From a virus (Duplodnaviria > Caudoviricetes), in IMG/VR virus record IMGVR_UViG_3300021476_000026, positions 1 to 25,710 of that record: a stretch of DNA of 25,710 nucleotides; one strand, written 5' to 3'. Position 1 is the stretch's first letter, and the number at the start of each line of letters is the position of its first letter. The translations under genes were made by a program, and so were the position numbers. Below are positions 8,199 through 15,903 of this stretch, in pieces. The notes below the pieces were generated by a model. That model saw only the letters and a program-made list of their open reading frames with translations, was not told the origin of the DNA and searched no databases.

Positions 8199-8632
8199 GC
8201 GTCTCCCCCTCTCGAGCGCTCGGGCATGAGATGCTCGCCCAGCAGGTCTTCCAGGTTCGGGATCCGCTTCTGCAGCAGCGGGATCGCGCGTTTGTGCCAC
8301 CAGTACCATGCCATGCCCGTGCCCGGTCCGTACCCGAGCGCCTGGTTGATCGCCCGGAACGTCATCCCGTTGATCCGCAACTCGACGGTCCGCCTCGCCA
8401 TGAACGGCAGCCCGGCGAGCGCTTCGCGCAGCACGCGCCGCCCCACATCGCCCGGACCCCAACCCGACGACACAGTACGCCGTGCACGTGGTCCCGGAAG
8501 CGCGATACTCGGCGCCGGGCCCGGTACTGGCCGGTCCGGATGCCGCCGCGGTCGCGGCCGGCGCCGGTTGTCGAGCTTCGGGGTCTGGAGCGGCTCGAGC
8601 GTGACGCCATCGCGGGGCGTTACGTCAGCCAC
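8195..8632 (-). CDS. Sigma-70 region 4-like HTH protein (possible late transcription regulator)
   Basis: LREALAGLPFMARRTVELRINGMTFRAINQALG matches the sigma r4/RinA-type pattern. Start uncertain. Confidence 0.6.
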   Translation of the reverse strand: MADVTPRDGVTLEPLQTPKLDNRRRPRPRRHPDRPVPGPAPSIALPGPRARRTVSSGWGPGDVGRRVLREALAGLPFMARRTVELRINGMTFRAINQALGYGPGTGMAWYWWHKRAIPLLQKRIPNLEDLLGEHLMPERSRGGDA

Positions 8633-8934
8633 GTCGTCCCGGCCAAGAACTCCGCGTTCTCGCGCCACGTGTTCAGGTACTGCTCGACCAGCGCCGCTGC
8701 GCGCGCGTGCTTCGCATCGATCGCTTTGACCCTGTACACGAGCTCGTACCGCCGCCACTCGTACTCCGCGTTCATGAGGCGCTCGTGGTCGGGCAGGGGT
8801 CGCGCACCGTTACCGTTCGTCTTCGCGCGCGGCGCGACTGCGTGCATGACCGGCGCGCCGATCACTACCGCCCCGATCGCTCGCATTACATGCCCGATCA
8901 CCCCTCGCCTCGTCATTCCCTGTTCTTGCTCCAT
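8620..8934 (-). CDS. Hypothetical protein with Tat-like N-terminus
   Basis: GGAGG RBS. MTRRGVIG followed by a hydrophobic stretch. Confidence 0.65.
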   Translation of the reverse strand: MEQEQGMTRRGVIGHVMRAIGAVVIGAPVMHAVAPRAKTNGNGARPLPDHERLMNAEYEWRRYELVYRVKAIDAKHARAAALVEQYLNTWRENAEFLAGTTWLT

Positions 8935-9604
8935 CGCTCGCCCTCCGTTCGTCGGAGTTCCCGGGTTCGCTGCTCGTCTGACTTTCTCCTCCTTTGTTCC
9001 TTCGATTTCATGATCCCCGCCGTGCGCGCTCGCTTGGGGATGAGAGAGTCCGAGAGAGAAACCCCTTGTCTACTTTTTCCCCGGATTCCCTCCCTTTTTG
9101 CCTGATCCACCGCTTGGGGGATTCGTGGGGGAGAGCTTCTCGATGCCTGAAGACCGCCTAAGGGCCTCCCCCGGGGCCTTTTCCCGGGGGACGGCCCAGA
9201 GCGGCGCCGTGTCGCGTGCCGCGTGCCCGAAGCGGGGCCGCGCCCGAGCGGGGACGGGCTGGAGGCCGGGAGTGAGCCGGGCGGTGAGGGAAGGGCGGGC
9301 GCCGCTGCGCGGCGCCGCGCCCCGTTGGGAATGACCGTGACCGAGCAGGGAGTCCAGCATCGCCCCGGTCCGAGAGGTCGGTCGCATCCCGGGAGCGCCG
9401 AACGAGTTTCGCACCCGCTGCCGGTCCTGTGCCCGGTCCGAGGTGCGTTCGACTCCGAGCGCTCGCGGTCCTGGCGGGGTGCTCTGGGGACAGAGTTGGT
9501 CAAAGCCCACCCGAGCCTGACGAGATCGCGCGCCCCCACCCAACCGAACCACCGGACCGCAGACCAAGGAAGCAGGGAAGCAGAGCGGGAACCAAAGAGA
9601 TCAG

Positions 9605-9642
9605 AAAGCAAAAAGGGTGGGAGCCGGTGCACTCTCCCACCC
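9605..9642 (-). terminator. Rho-independent terminator
   Basis: GGGTGGGAG-10 nt-CTCCCACCC followed by TTTTTGCTTT on the minus strand. A second hairpin (CTCTCCCTC-CTGA-GAGGGAGGG, ~9657-9678) precedes it. Confidence 0.85.
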
Positions 9643-9683
9643 CATCCCTACCCTTCCCCTCCCTCTCAGGAGGGAGAGATCAG

Positions 9684-10085
9684 TCACTCAAGGCCGACAG
9701 CCGCGAGCAGCGCCTGGCGATCAACGGGCTCGACCAGGAACCCCCGCTCATCCTCGCCCGTGTCCAGATCCATCGCCAGGTAATCGCACGCGTGCCCGGC
9801 CGGATAGTCAGCGCTGGCCGCGACCCGGGCCGCAACGTCCGGAGGGATCCCAAGCGCATCCGCCGCATCCGGCCAGTCACTTGTCTCGAACCGTGCGCCG
9901 AGCCGACAGAACGCGAGCGCGGTGAGCGGGCAGCACCACTCGTCACACCCCACCACGTCCGCCCGTACCGCACCTGGCAGCGATCCACCGCTCATGGTGC
10001 ACCACTCCACCCGGTCCGGCCCACAGTCCCGCCGGAGCGCCTCGCACACGTCCTCGAACGTATCGAGCTGGCTCAGATCCCTCAT
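9684..10085 (-). CDS. Hypothetical protein (acidic, Cys-rich)
   Basis: ATGA overlap and RBS. Last gene before the terminator. Confidence 0.75.
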   Translation of the reverse strand: MRDLSQLDTFEDVCEALRRDCGPDRVEWCTMSGGSLPGAVRADVVGCDEWCCPLTALAFCRLGARFETSDWPDAADALGIPPDVAARVAASADYPAGHACDYLAMDLDTGEDERGFLVEPVDRQALLAAVGLE

Positions 10086-10384
10086 GGCACGCCCTCCCCG
10101 GTCCGGACCTTGGCGAGCATCTCACCCGCCAGATCCGCCGCGTTCTCTTCCGCGACGGCAGCGCGCAACTCCGCGGCCCGGGCTCGGTGCGCGGCATTCG
10201 CCCCCTCCTGTGCCGCTGCGAGCGATTCCTGAACGCCGGCCATCCCGCCGTTCCCCTGGTACCATCCGACCCGGTTACTGAGCCGGTACTCCGCGCGCAG
10301 CGCGGCGTCGATGTGTTCGAGCACGCCCTCCCACGCGACCACATCCTGCGCCAGCCTGAGCGCTGTTCCTTCGCGCACCTTCAT
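10082..10384 (-). CDS. Hypothetical protein
   Basis: ATGA overlaps at both ends. Confidence 0.75.
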   Translation of the reverse strand: MKVREGTALRLAQDVVAWEGVLEHIDAALRAEYRLSNRVGWYQGNGGMAGVQESLAAAQEGANAAHRARAAELRAAVAEENAADLAGEMLAKVRTGEGVP

Positions 10385-10770
10385 GGCTCCTGCCCTCCTC
10401 CCCCGCTCGCGCGGTCCTCCTGGTCCGCCTCCAGGTGCGCATCGATCCCCAGCCAGTCGTCAAACCCGCGCTGGAGATCCCCCACGACCTCTGGCGGTAC
10501 CCCTGGTGTGGTCAGCACCCGCACACCACTCCCTGCCGGGCCCGGCGCGCCATCGTCCGCAAGCAGACCCAAGTCCCGCAACCGTTTCTCGGCGGTCCTC
10601 AAATTCCCGCCGACGTGCGCCTCCCACGATACCGGCCAGACCGGGTCCGGCAGCACGAGCACGTACCACCGCTCCCCGTGCCGACCCCAGCCCGCGTTCC
10701 GGTCCTCGAACACCATGCCGTGCAAGCGGGCCGCCTCCTCCAGCCGCTTCCGCCGAGCTGACCCGCTCAC
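10381..10770 (-). CDS. Hypothetical protein
   Basis: GTGA-coupled start at 10770 after GGAGG. Confidence 0.7.
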   Translation of the reverse strand: MSGSARRKRLEEAARLHGMVFEDRNAGWGRHGERWYVLVLPDPVWPVSWEAHVGGNLRTAEKRLRDLGLLADDGAPGPAGSGVRVLTTPGVPPEVVGDLQRGFDDWLGIDAHLEADQEDRASGGGGQEP

Positions 10771-10898
10771 GGCGTCACCTCCTCGGCCTGGCACTCGTGG
10801 TCCGGAACCTCTACTGCGAGCGGGTCCGATACCGGCACCCACGTCCAACACTTCGTGCACAACATCACCCACTCCGTCCTCCCCGCGTTCCCGCTCAC
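10767..10898 (-). CDS. Small Cys/His Zn-finger-like protein
   Basis: GTGA-coupled. CTKC...HEC. Confidence 0.6.
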   Translation of the reverse strand: MSGNAGRTEWVMLCTKCWTWVPVSDPLAVEVPDHECQAEEVTP

Positions 10899-11209
10899 GG
10901 GCTCCCCACCTCCTTCCCCGCCTGACGGCGCTCCACGTACTCCCAGCCATCCAGGAACGCGCGCAGCAGCCCGTACAACTCGCGCGCCGGTACGTGCCCG
11001 CACCGGAACACGTCCGACACGCCGCCACCCTCACTCACGGTCAGGTACAGCGCCCACCCGCCATACGCGCCGTCGATATAAAACATACCGACAGTCGCCC
11101 GGTTCTGCCCGTCAGCACGCGTCCACAACTCCGTCCCGTCCGGGAACCCCGCGCGCCGGTTCAGCACCCTGCACACACCGTCCAGATCCCGCCGCGTGAT
11201 CCGATCCAT
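10895..11209 (-). CDS. Conserved phage hypothetical protein
   Basis: RIT..DL......LN...AYGG..L......GG......GH...REL...L.AFL.G motif family. TGATG overlap. Confidence 0.8.
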   Translation of the reverse strand: MDRITRRDLDGVCRVLNRRAGFPDGTELWTRADGQNRATVGMFYIDGAYGGWALYLTVSEGGGVSDVFRCGHVPARELYGLLRAFLDGWEYVERRQAGKEVGSP

Positions 11210-11385
11210 CAGAACGCCTCCTCATCGTCGACATTGTCCCCGTACCGCATCAGCACCTTCTGCCCCACGCACTCGATGCCCGGCATGTCCAGGAGGTCCG
11301 GCCATCCCCAATCGTCCGGCTCATCCATACCGTCCGGCACCTGAATATCGAGCGTGACCCGGAACACTCGACCCCGCTCCCTCAT
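11209..11385 (-). CDS. Small acidic hypothetical protein
   Basis: ATGA-coupled start at 11385. Confidence 0.65.
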   Translation of the reverse strand: MRERGRVFRVTLDIQVPDGMDEPDDWGWPDLLDMPGIECVGQKVLMRYGDNVDDEEAF

Positions 11386-11576
11386 GGCCGTACCACCACA
11401 AGCGCTACGCGCGTTCCAAGCGCGCACACGGGCCGGTACTCTTTTTTGCTGCGCGGGAACAACCGCTCAGCCGTGAGCAGCGCATCACGACGCGCTTCCG
11501 GGCCAGTCAACAATCCCGCGTTGGACGTGTGCGATTCCCCATTCTTTGTATCGAACACCTCGATGAATGTTCTCAT
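11382..11576 (-). CDS. Hypothetical protein
   Basis: ATGA-coupled start at 11576. Confidence 0.65.
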   Translation of the reverse strand: MRTFIEVFDTKNGESHTSNAGLLTGPEARRDALLTAERLFPRSKKEYRPVCALGTRVALVVVRP

Positions 11577-11845
11577 GCCCGTGCCTCGAACGTGCCCCGA
11601 AGCGCGACCCGGCACTCGCCGAGCACGGCCATCATGTCATCCCGCGACCCCCGGAACAGCGCGCGCGCCACGATCTGCGTGGCGCCCTCGATCGGGCCCG
11701 GCCCGCCCCGGTACACCTGCACCTTGAGCGCGTACCGCGTGCCGTTCTCACGTGACCGCACCAGTTCGATGATCGCGCGCCGCCCCATGTTCGGACCGCC
11801 CCGCACCCGGCCCGTCAGCACCCGCACCAGCGACCCTCTGCTCAT
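11573..11845 (-). CDS. Hypothetical protein
   Basis: First gene after the promoter. GAGGAGGGG RBS. Confidence 0.7.
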   Translation of the reverse strand: MSRGSLVRVLTGRVRGGPNMGRRAIIELVRSRENGTRYALKVQVYRGGPGPIEGATQIVARALFRGSRDDMMAVLGECRVALRGTFEARA

Positions 11846-11884
11846 CGGCACATCCCCTCCTCTTCCGCACGAAGGTACACCCCC

Positions 11885-11912
11885 ATTATACACGGGCGCG
11901 GGCGCGCGTCAA
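11885..11912 (-). promoter_or_regulatory. Sigma70-type promoter
   Basis: TTGACG-16 nt-TATAAT upstream of the small-ORF cassette. Confidence 0.8.
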
Positions 11913-11975
11913 TCCGGAACATAGTTTCGGTATTCACGCAGGAGGATCAAGCGTTCGCGTAGAACACCCGTACTC

Positions 11976-12389
11976 ATGGGATATGCGGACGGAGAGTACA
12001 AGCGCAAGTATGCGCGGTGGTGGAACCGGACACACCCCGAGCGCGTACGCGCCAACAAGCGCGCATGGTATCGCCGACACATCGACCGGGAACGCGCACG
12101 CGCACGCAACCGCCTAAGGGAAAAACGCGGATACCTGGGACTTACCTGGAGAACCGGGATGCGACGCACCGGCGGCAGACCGCCGGGCTACACCGACATG
12201 CACAAGAAGGTTTCGTGGACGCGCGGCACGCCGCGTCTGTGCAGCCACTGTCACTCTACGGTAGCGAAACGCTACGAGTGGGCGCTGAAACCCGGCGGGA
12301 ACTACTGGAATATCTGGGATTACGACCGACTTTGTCGCAGTTGCCACTGTCGCCGTGATATGATTCCTGCAAAGCGTACCCCGGAGTAA
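11976..12389 (+). CDS. HNH-type endonuclease
   Basis: GY..MH..V...RG.P..CSHC...YEWA....Y....DY.RLCRSCH His-Me motif with a basic helical N-terminus. Only convincing plus-strand gene. Confidence 0.8.
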   Translation: MGYADGEYKRKYARWWNRTHPERVRANKRAWYRRHIDRERARARNRLREKRGYLGLTWRTGMRRTGGRPPGYTDMHKKVSWTRGTPRLCSHCHSTVAKRYEWALKPGGNYWNIWDYDRLCRSCHCRRDMIPAKRTPE

Positions 12390-12433
12390 GAAACGAGAAC
12401 GGCGCCCCAGGCGAGCGCCGTCCCCGTCCTTTT
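12388..12433. terminator. Probable bidirectional terminator between convergent genes
   Basis: Minus strand: ACGGGGACGGCGC/GCGCCGTTCTCGT 13-bp stem then TTCTT. Plus strand: ACGGCGC/GCGCCGT stem with TTTT shortly after. Confidence 0.7.
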
Positions 12434-12529
12434 ACCTCCAGCGCGTGTCGGGCTGCTACGCGTGAGGGCCCGAATGTCATTGTCACCGTCCACGCACGCA
12501 CGCCGGCGGCACCTGAATCTAGTGCACCG

Positions 12530-13171
12530 CTAGAACTCATACCCGAACCCGACAAACGGTCCGGCAAACGTACCCGACTGCCCACCCGGCAGGATTACGT
12601 TCGACCAGCGGTAGCCAATTTCGTACAGCTGCTGGTGCGTGGTGGTGTAGCGGAGGCTTACTTGATAATCGTGCGCGGCGCCTCCCCACACGCCAACGCC
12701 TCCCACACCCCCATCGGGGCATCCGTCGATGCAAATCACGGGATGTAGATACTGGCCAAACGACCCCAGAAGCGTGACATCACCCATAGGGAGCGTGAGA
12801 TCCGTACCGACGCGAACGCCCTGCCATGAGTGCGCTTCTTGGACAAGATCGTTGCCCGCGTACCCGACGAACAACCGCACGTCGTTTTGGCCGACATGCA
12901 GCGCGTCCCACCCGACCTCGAAGACGTAGTCCGCCACGTAAAGCGCGTCGTAATGGTCAGTCCCCGGAACCGCATGATCCGCCGCCCATAACGCGTTCAG
13001 ATGGATCGACCATGCCTGGTCGACGTACCAGCGGGCATCCACCCCGTACACAGGGAGGGAGGTATGATTTCCCACCTGCCAGTACTGCGCTTCCCAATCG
13101 GCACGCGGCGCAGCCATGACAGGCGCAGCGGCCAGCAGCACGACGAGCATGGCTCCGATCACGTGTCTCAC
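12530..13171 (-). CDS. Outer-membrane beta-barrel protein
   Basis: GTG 13171 gives signal peptide MRHVIGAMLVVLLAAAPVMA. Alternating aromatic beta-strands and a C-terminal beta-signal FVGFGYEF. Confidence 0.8.
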   Translation of the reverse strand: MRHVIGAMLVVLLAAAPVMAAPRADWEAQYWQVGNHTSLPVYGVDARWYVDQAWSIHLNALWAADHAVPGTDHYDALYVADYVFEVGWDALHVGQNDVRLFVGYAGNDLVQEAHSWQGVRVGTDLTLPMGDVTLLGSFGQYLHPVICIDGCPDGGVGGVGVWGGAAHDYQVSLRYTTTHQQLYEIGYRWSNVILPGGQSGTFAGPFVGFGYEF

Positions 13172-13305
13172 CGGTACATCCACCCCGCGCACGCCACAAC
13201 CGCGGCCACCACACCGGCCGCCAATATGAATCCGGCCGCCGTCACGAGCATCTCGAGTACCCATGCTCCGAACGATTCCTCATCGAATCCGTCGCGCACG
13301 GCCAT
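13168..13305 (-). CDS. 45-aa single-pass membrane protein
   Basis: Manual translation MAVRDGFDEESFGAWVLEMLVTAAGFILAAGVVAAVVACAGWMYR. GTGA overlap with the barrel gene. Confidence 0.7.
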   Translation of the reverse strand: MAVRDGFDEESFGAWVLEMLVTAAGFILAAGVVAAVVACAGWMYR

Positions 13306-13317
13306 CACCCCGCTCCC

Positions 13318-13347
13318 ATTCTACCGCGCCCGCGCCTGCCGTGTCAA
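13318..13347 (-). promoter_or_regulatory. Sigma70-type promoter
   Basis: TTGACA-18 nt-TAGAAT in the intergenic gap. Confidence 0.8.
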
Positions 13348-13386
13348 GCAGCCGGGGGAAGGCGATCCCGCTGTCCGCTCAGGGCG

Positions 13387-13608
13387 CTACGCATTGTCGG
13401 ACCGCCCCGACCCCCCGGCCGCATCGAATCGTGCGAAGTCCCACCCTTTCCACCACGCGCGCCGGAAAGCACGGGCGTAAGTCACGTGTCCTCCGCGTGT
13501 CCGTCGATCAGGATACGGGTTTGATTGCCTCGGCTCACCGCGCATAAACGCCTCGCGACCTTTCGTGTACGCTATGCCAAGCACAACATCACCGCCGCGT
13601 GGCTTCAC
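13387..13608 (-). CDS. Rmf/CrpP-like small protein
   Basis: AY.KG..A...G.....NPY...RRAW..GW pattern. GTGA-coupled start. Confidence 0.65.
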   Translation of the reverse strand: MKPRGGDVVLGIAYTKGREAFMRGEPRQSNPYPDRRTRGGHVTYARAFRRAWWKGWDFARFDAAGGSGRSDNA

Positions 13609-14102
13609 CCGTTCCGGCGCCCCGGCCTCGGTGGGGGAACGTTGTCCGGGCCCGCTTTCACGATCGGGCTCCACTCCATCTCGTGCCAGTGGCACCGCGG
13701 GCACACGACCGGCGCGATCAGGATCTGGCCCTGCGGTTCGAGGTGGATGAGCGCGCGCTGGAGACCGATCTGGACGAACCCCTCGAACACCGGGAGCTGG
13801 CCGGTCGAGCAGTAGCGGCTGACCTCGTGACCGCAGTGCGGACACGACGGCCTGATGTATTTCTTCTCCGGGTCCGACCTGATCCCGACATCGGGGATGA
13901 ACAGGATCTGCATCCCCGCGTGGTCCTTGTCGACCGCCACCCCCGCCTGTTTCGCCTCCGCGCCGGGCAGCGGCACGACACGCAGCTGCGGCTTCCCGTC
14001 CGGACCAGGCACGGTCTCGGCGTCTGTGCCGGGCGTGTCCTCGATCGCGGGCGTGTCAGTCGGGGTACGCTTGTCCTCGGGCTCCTGGTCTTGCATCGTC
14101 AC
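13605..14102 (-). CDS. Hypothetical Zn-binding protein
   Basis: GAAAGGAG RBS. CPHC...CPRC with an acidic N-terminus. Confidence 0.75.
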   Translation of the reverse strand: MTMQDQEPEDKRTPTDTPAIEDTPGTDAETVPGPDGKPQLRVVPLPGAEAKQAGVAVDKDHAGMQILFIPDVGIRSDPEKKYIRPSCPHCGHEVSRYCSTGQLPVFEGFVQIGLQRALIHLEPQGQILIAPVVCPRCHWHEMEWSPIVKAGPDNVPPPRPGRRNG

Positions 14103-14340
14103 GGAAGTCCGCTCCTTTCGTCGGGCGATCCAGCATGGCAACAGCGCACCTGGGGCACAGCACCTGCGCCGGCTTGCCGATCCCGGGCGCGAACACGACC
14201 GCGCGCGCGTACTTGTGCGCATCCGCTTCGTGCCCGCCAAACTCCGCTCCACACCTCGGGCACCTGAGCCACGTGTACCCGCGCAACGCCGCGTACAGCC
14301 TGTTCCAGGTCCGGCTCCGGCCAAGCCACCACGGCCTCAC
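14056..14340 (-). CDS. Hypothetical Zn-finger protein
   Basis: W..CPRCG.EFGGHE...LCPRC. GTGA-coupled. Confidence 0.7.
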   Translation of the reverse strand: MRPWWLGRSRTWNRLYAALRGYTWLRCPRCGAEFGGHEADAHKYARAVVFAPGIGKPAQVLCPRCAVAMLDRPTKGADFRDDARPGARGQAYPD

Positions 14341-14552
14341 GACGTCCAGCCCATCGCCTTCTTGAGCGCACGTCCTTCGCGCTTCTGCACGCGGACCCGT
14401 TCGCACCGGATCCACTCCGCGGGCGCCTGCAACCCGCGCGGCCGTTCGCCCCGGAGCCGCGCCGCGCGCCCAAGCTTGAGCGCGGACCGATACTGACGAC
14501 CCGGCCGACGCGCACCCATGCCCACTGTCTTTGTACTGCGTTCACACGCCAC
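14337..14552 (-). CDS. Small basic hypothetical protein
   Basis: Fills the gap and its stop is coupled to the next gene. Confidence 0.5.
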   Translation of the reverse strand: MACERSTKTVGMGARRPGRQYRSALKLGRAARLRGERPRGLQAPAEWIRCERVRVQKREGRALKKAMGWTS

Positions 14553-14721
14553 TCGACACCTCGTCGTCGTCTGGGTCTAGGTGTTGCTCGGGATCGTACT
14601 CATCCTCGTCGCTCGAGACGTACTGGCACACCGTCCAGTGCAGGCAATCCGCTGGCGAGCTCTGCCAGTGGTCCTCACCGTCGCAGTCGCACGCTTCGCC
14701 GCAGTCCGGGCACTCATGCAC
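14542..14721 (-). CDS. Small Cys-rich protein with acidic tail
   Basis: GTG 14721: HECPDCGEACDCDGED...DEDEYDPEQHLDPDDDE. Confidence 0.65.
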   Translation of the reverse strand: MHECPDCGEACDCDGEDHWQSSPADCLHWTVCQYVSSDEDEYDPEQHLDPDDDEVSSGV

Positions 14722-14998
14722 GTGCGGTTCTCCGCTTCGCGTCCCGGTCCGCTGCGGCCTGCCGTGCGCCCGGGCACGAAAGCCAGTGGGACGCGTACAG
14801 CGATGTGCGCGTATCCGTGCCCGTCGTTGTCGGAGGATCGAGCGGGATCCGCGTAGCCTTAATCGGCACACGTGCCCACACGATCCACGCCGGGCAGTAC
14901 CTACACTGCACGGGGTCCCCGCCCTCGAGCCGGTAGACCCGCGTGCTGTAGCGCCCGTCACGACCAAGGTAGCAGACGGCCTCGACGAGTCCGCTCAC
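14714..14998 (-). CDS. Phage Zn-finger hypothetical protein
   Basis: CRYC..WIVW......IPLD...SHWLSCP.A motif family. Confidence 0.75.
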   Translation of the reverse strand: MSGLVEAVCYLGRDGRYSTRVYRLEGGDPVQCRYCPAWIVWARVPIKATRIPLDPPTTTGTDTRTSLYASHWLSCPGARQAAADRDAKRRTARA

Positions 14999-15903
14999 CG
15001 CCCGCCCCCCAGTACCGGCCTCCAGTTACAGCAGGAATCGTCTTGGTAGTGCGCGTGTAACGGCTGCCGGTCGCAATACCCGACTACGGCGCCCGGGTTG
15101 GACTCGCGCGCCTCCGCGCGCCGCAGTTCGTCCCACGCGTACACGTCGACCTTGTGCGTGTCACGCAGTCTGTCGTGCCATTCCCGGTCCGCGTACAACG
15201 CAAGCGGCGCCATGCGCTCGGCCCGATACCCATGCTCGCACTCGATCACGGTCCCCCACATCGCGACACGCCCGACCACAATCTCGCGACCGCTTATCCC
15301 CGGCCATACCGCATCCTGCGCCAGTTTCACCGCGTAATACCCGCACGAGCACCACGATTTCGGTGCTCTGTGCGGTATCGGGGACGGCGGCGGGTACCTG
15401 CACGCGGCCGGCTGCGAAACGTCGAACGGCATGTGCCCGTACAGCGGCCACAAGAGCCCGCTCTCTTTCACCTTCCAGGCGCGCCAACCGGTAATGGGCT
15501 CCGTTCCGGGGACCTCGGGGAACCAGTCGTCGTAGTCTCGCTCGGTTCGGGCTTGGGGCGTGAAGATGACTCGTCCGGGTCGGGGAACGAACCCGGTAAG
15601 GGCTCCTGTAGCGGCGAGATAACGTGACGCCTGACCGGCCGACCCACTTGCATCGCGTAACACCCCCTCGGTGATCTTTCGTAACACGCTCGCGTCCATG
15701 ACCCCGGCACGGACCGCATCCGCGATCAGGTTGAACATCGGGTCGATGGTCTGCCGGCGCCCGCGTAGCCAGAGTCGTTGCGCCTCTGCGGAGGCGAGTG
15801 TTCCGGGAGGACACCCGCCGGGTGTGTATAACGGGAACGGACGTGCGACGAGCGCCTCCCGAATCTCGCGCAGTTTCGCTACGAGCGCACGGAACGTGCT
15901 CAT
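14995..15903 (-). CDS. Hypothetical protein with conserved C-terminal GWRAW...C.CG.YA...GRV..WG.VIE...GYRA domain
   Basis: Recognisable phage hypothetical domain fused to an unrelated helical N-terminus. Confidence 0.75.
   Translation of the reverse strand: MSTFRALVAKLREIREALVARPFPLYTPGGCPPGTLASAEAQRLWLRGRRQTIDPMFNLIADAVRAGVMDASVLRKITEGVLRDASGSAGQASRYLAATGALTGFVPRPGRVIFTPQARTERDYDDWFPEVPGTEPITGWRAWKVKESGLLWPLYGHMPFDVSQPAACRYPPPSPIPHRAPKSWCSCGYYAVKLAQDAVWPGISGREIVVGRVAMWGTVIECEHGYRAERMAPLALYADREWHDRLRDTHKVDVYAWDELRRAEARESNPGAVVGYCDRQPLHAHYQDDSCCNWRPVLGGGR

Noticed and set aside
9440-9465. GTTCGACTCC resembling a tRNA T-loop
   Set aside because: No T-stem or cloverleaf. It pairs as a plain hairpin.
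8913-9632. 239-aa and 165-aa ORFs across the large gap
   Set aside because: Low-complexity Arg/Pro/Gly/Ser translations with no RBS, and one begins inside the terminator. A 32-aa ORF from ATG 9011 cannot be excluded but is unsupported.
2729-12532. Genome-wide TAG reassignment
   Set aside because: TAG ends genes at natural C-termini (barrel ...GYEF at 12530, Tad1-like ...GTHAV at 6691, TerL at 3046), so only the 7905 site is anomalous.
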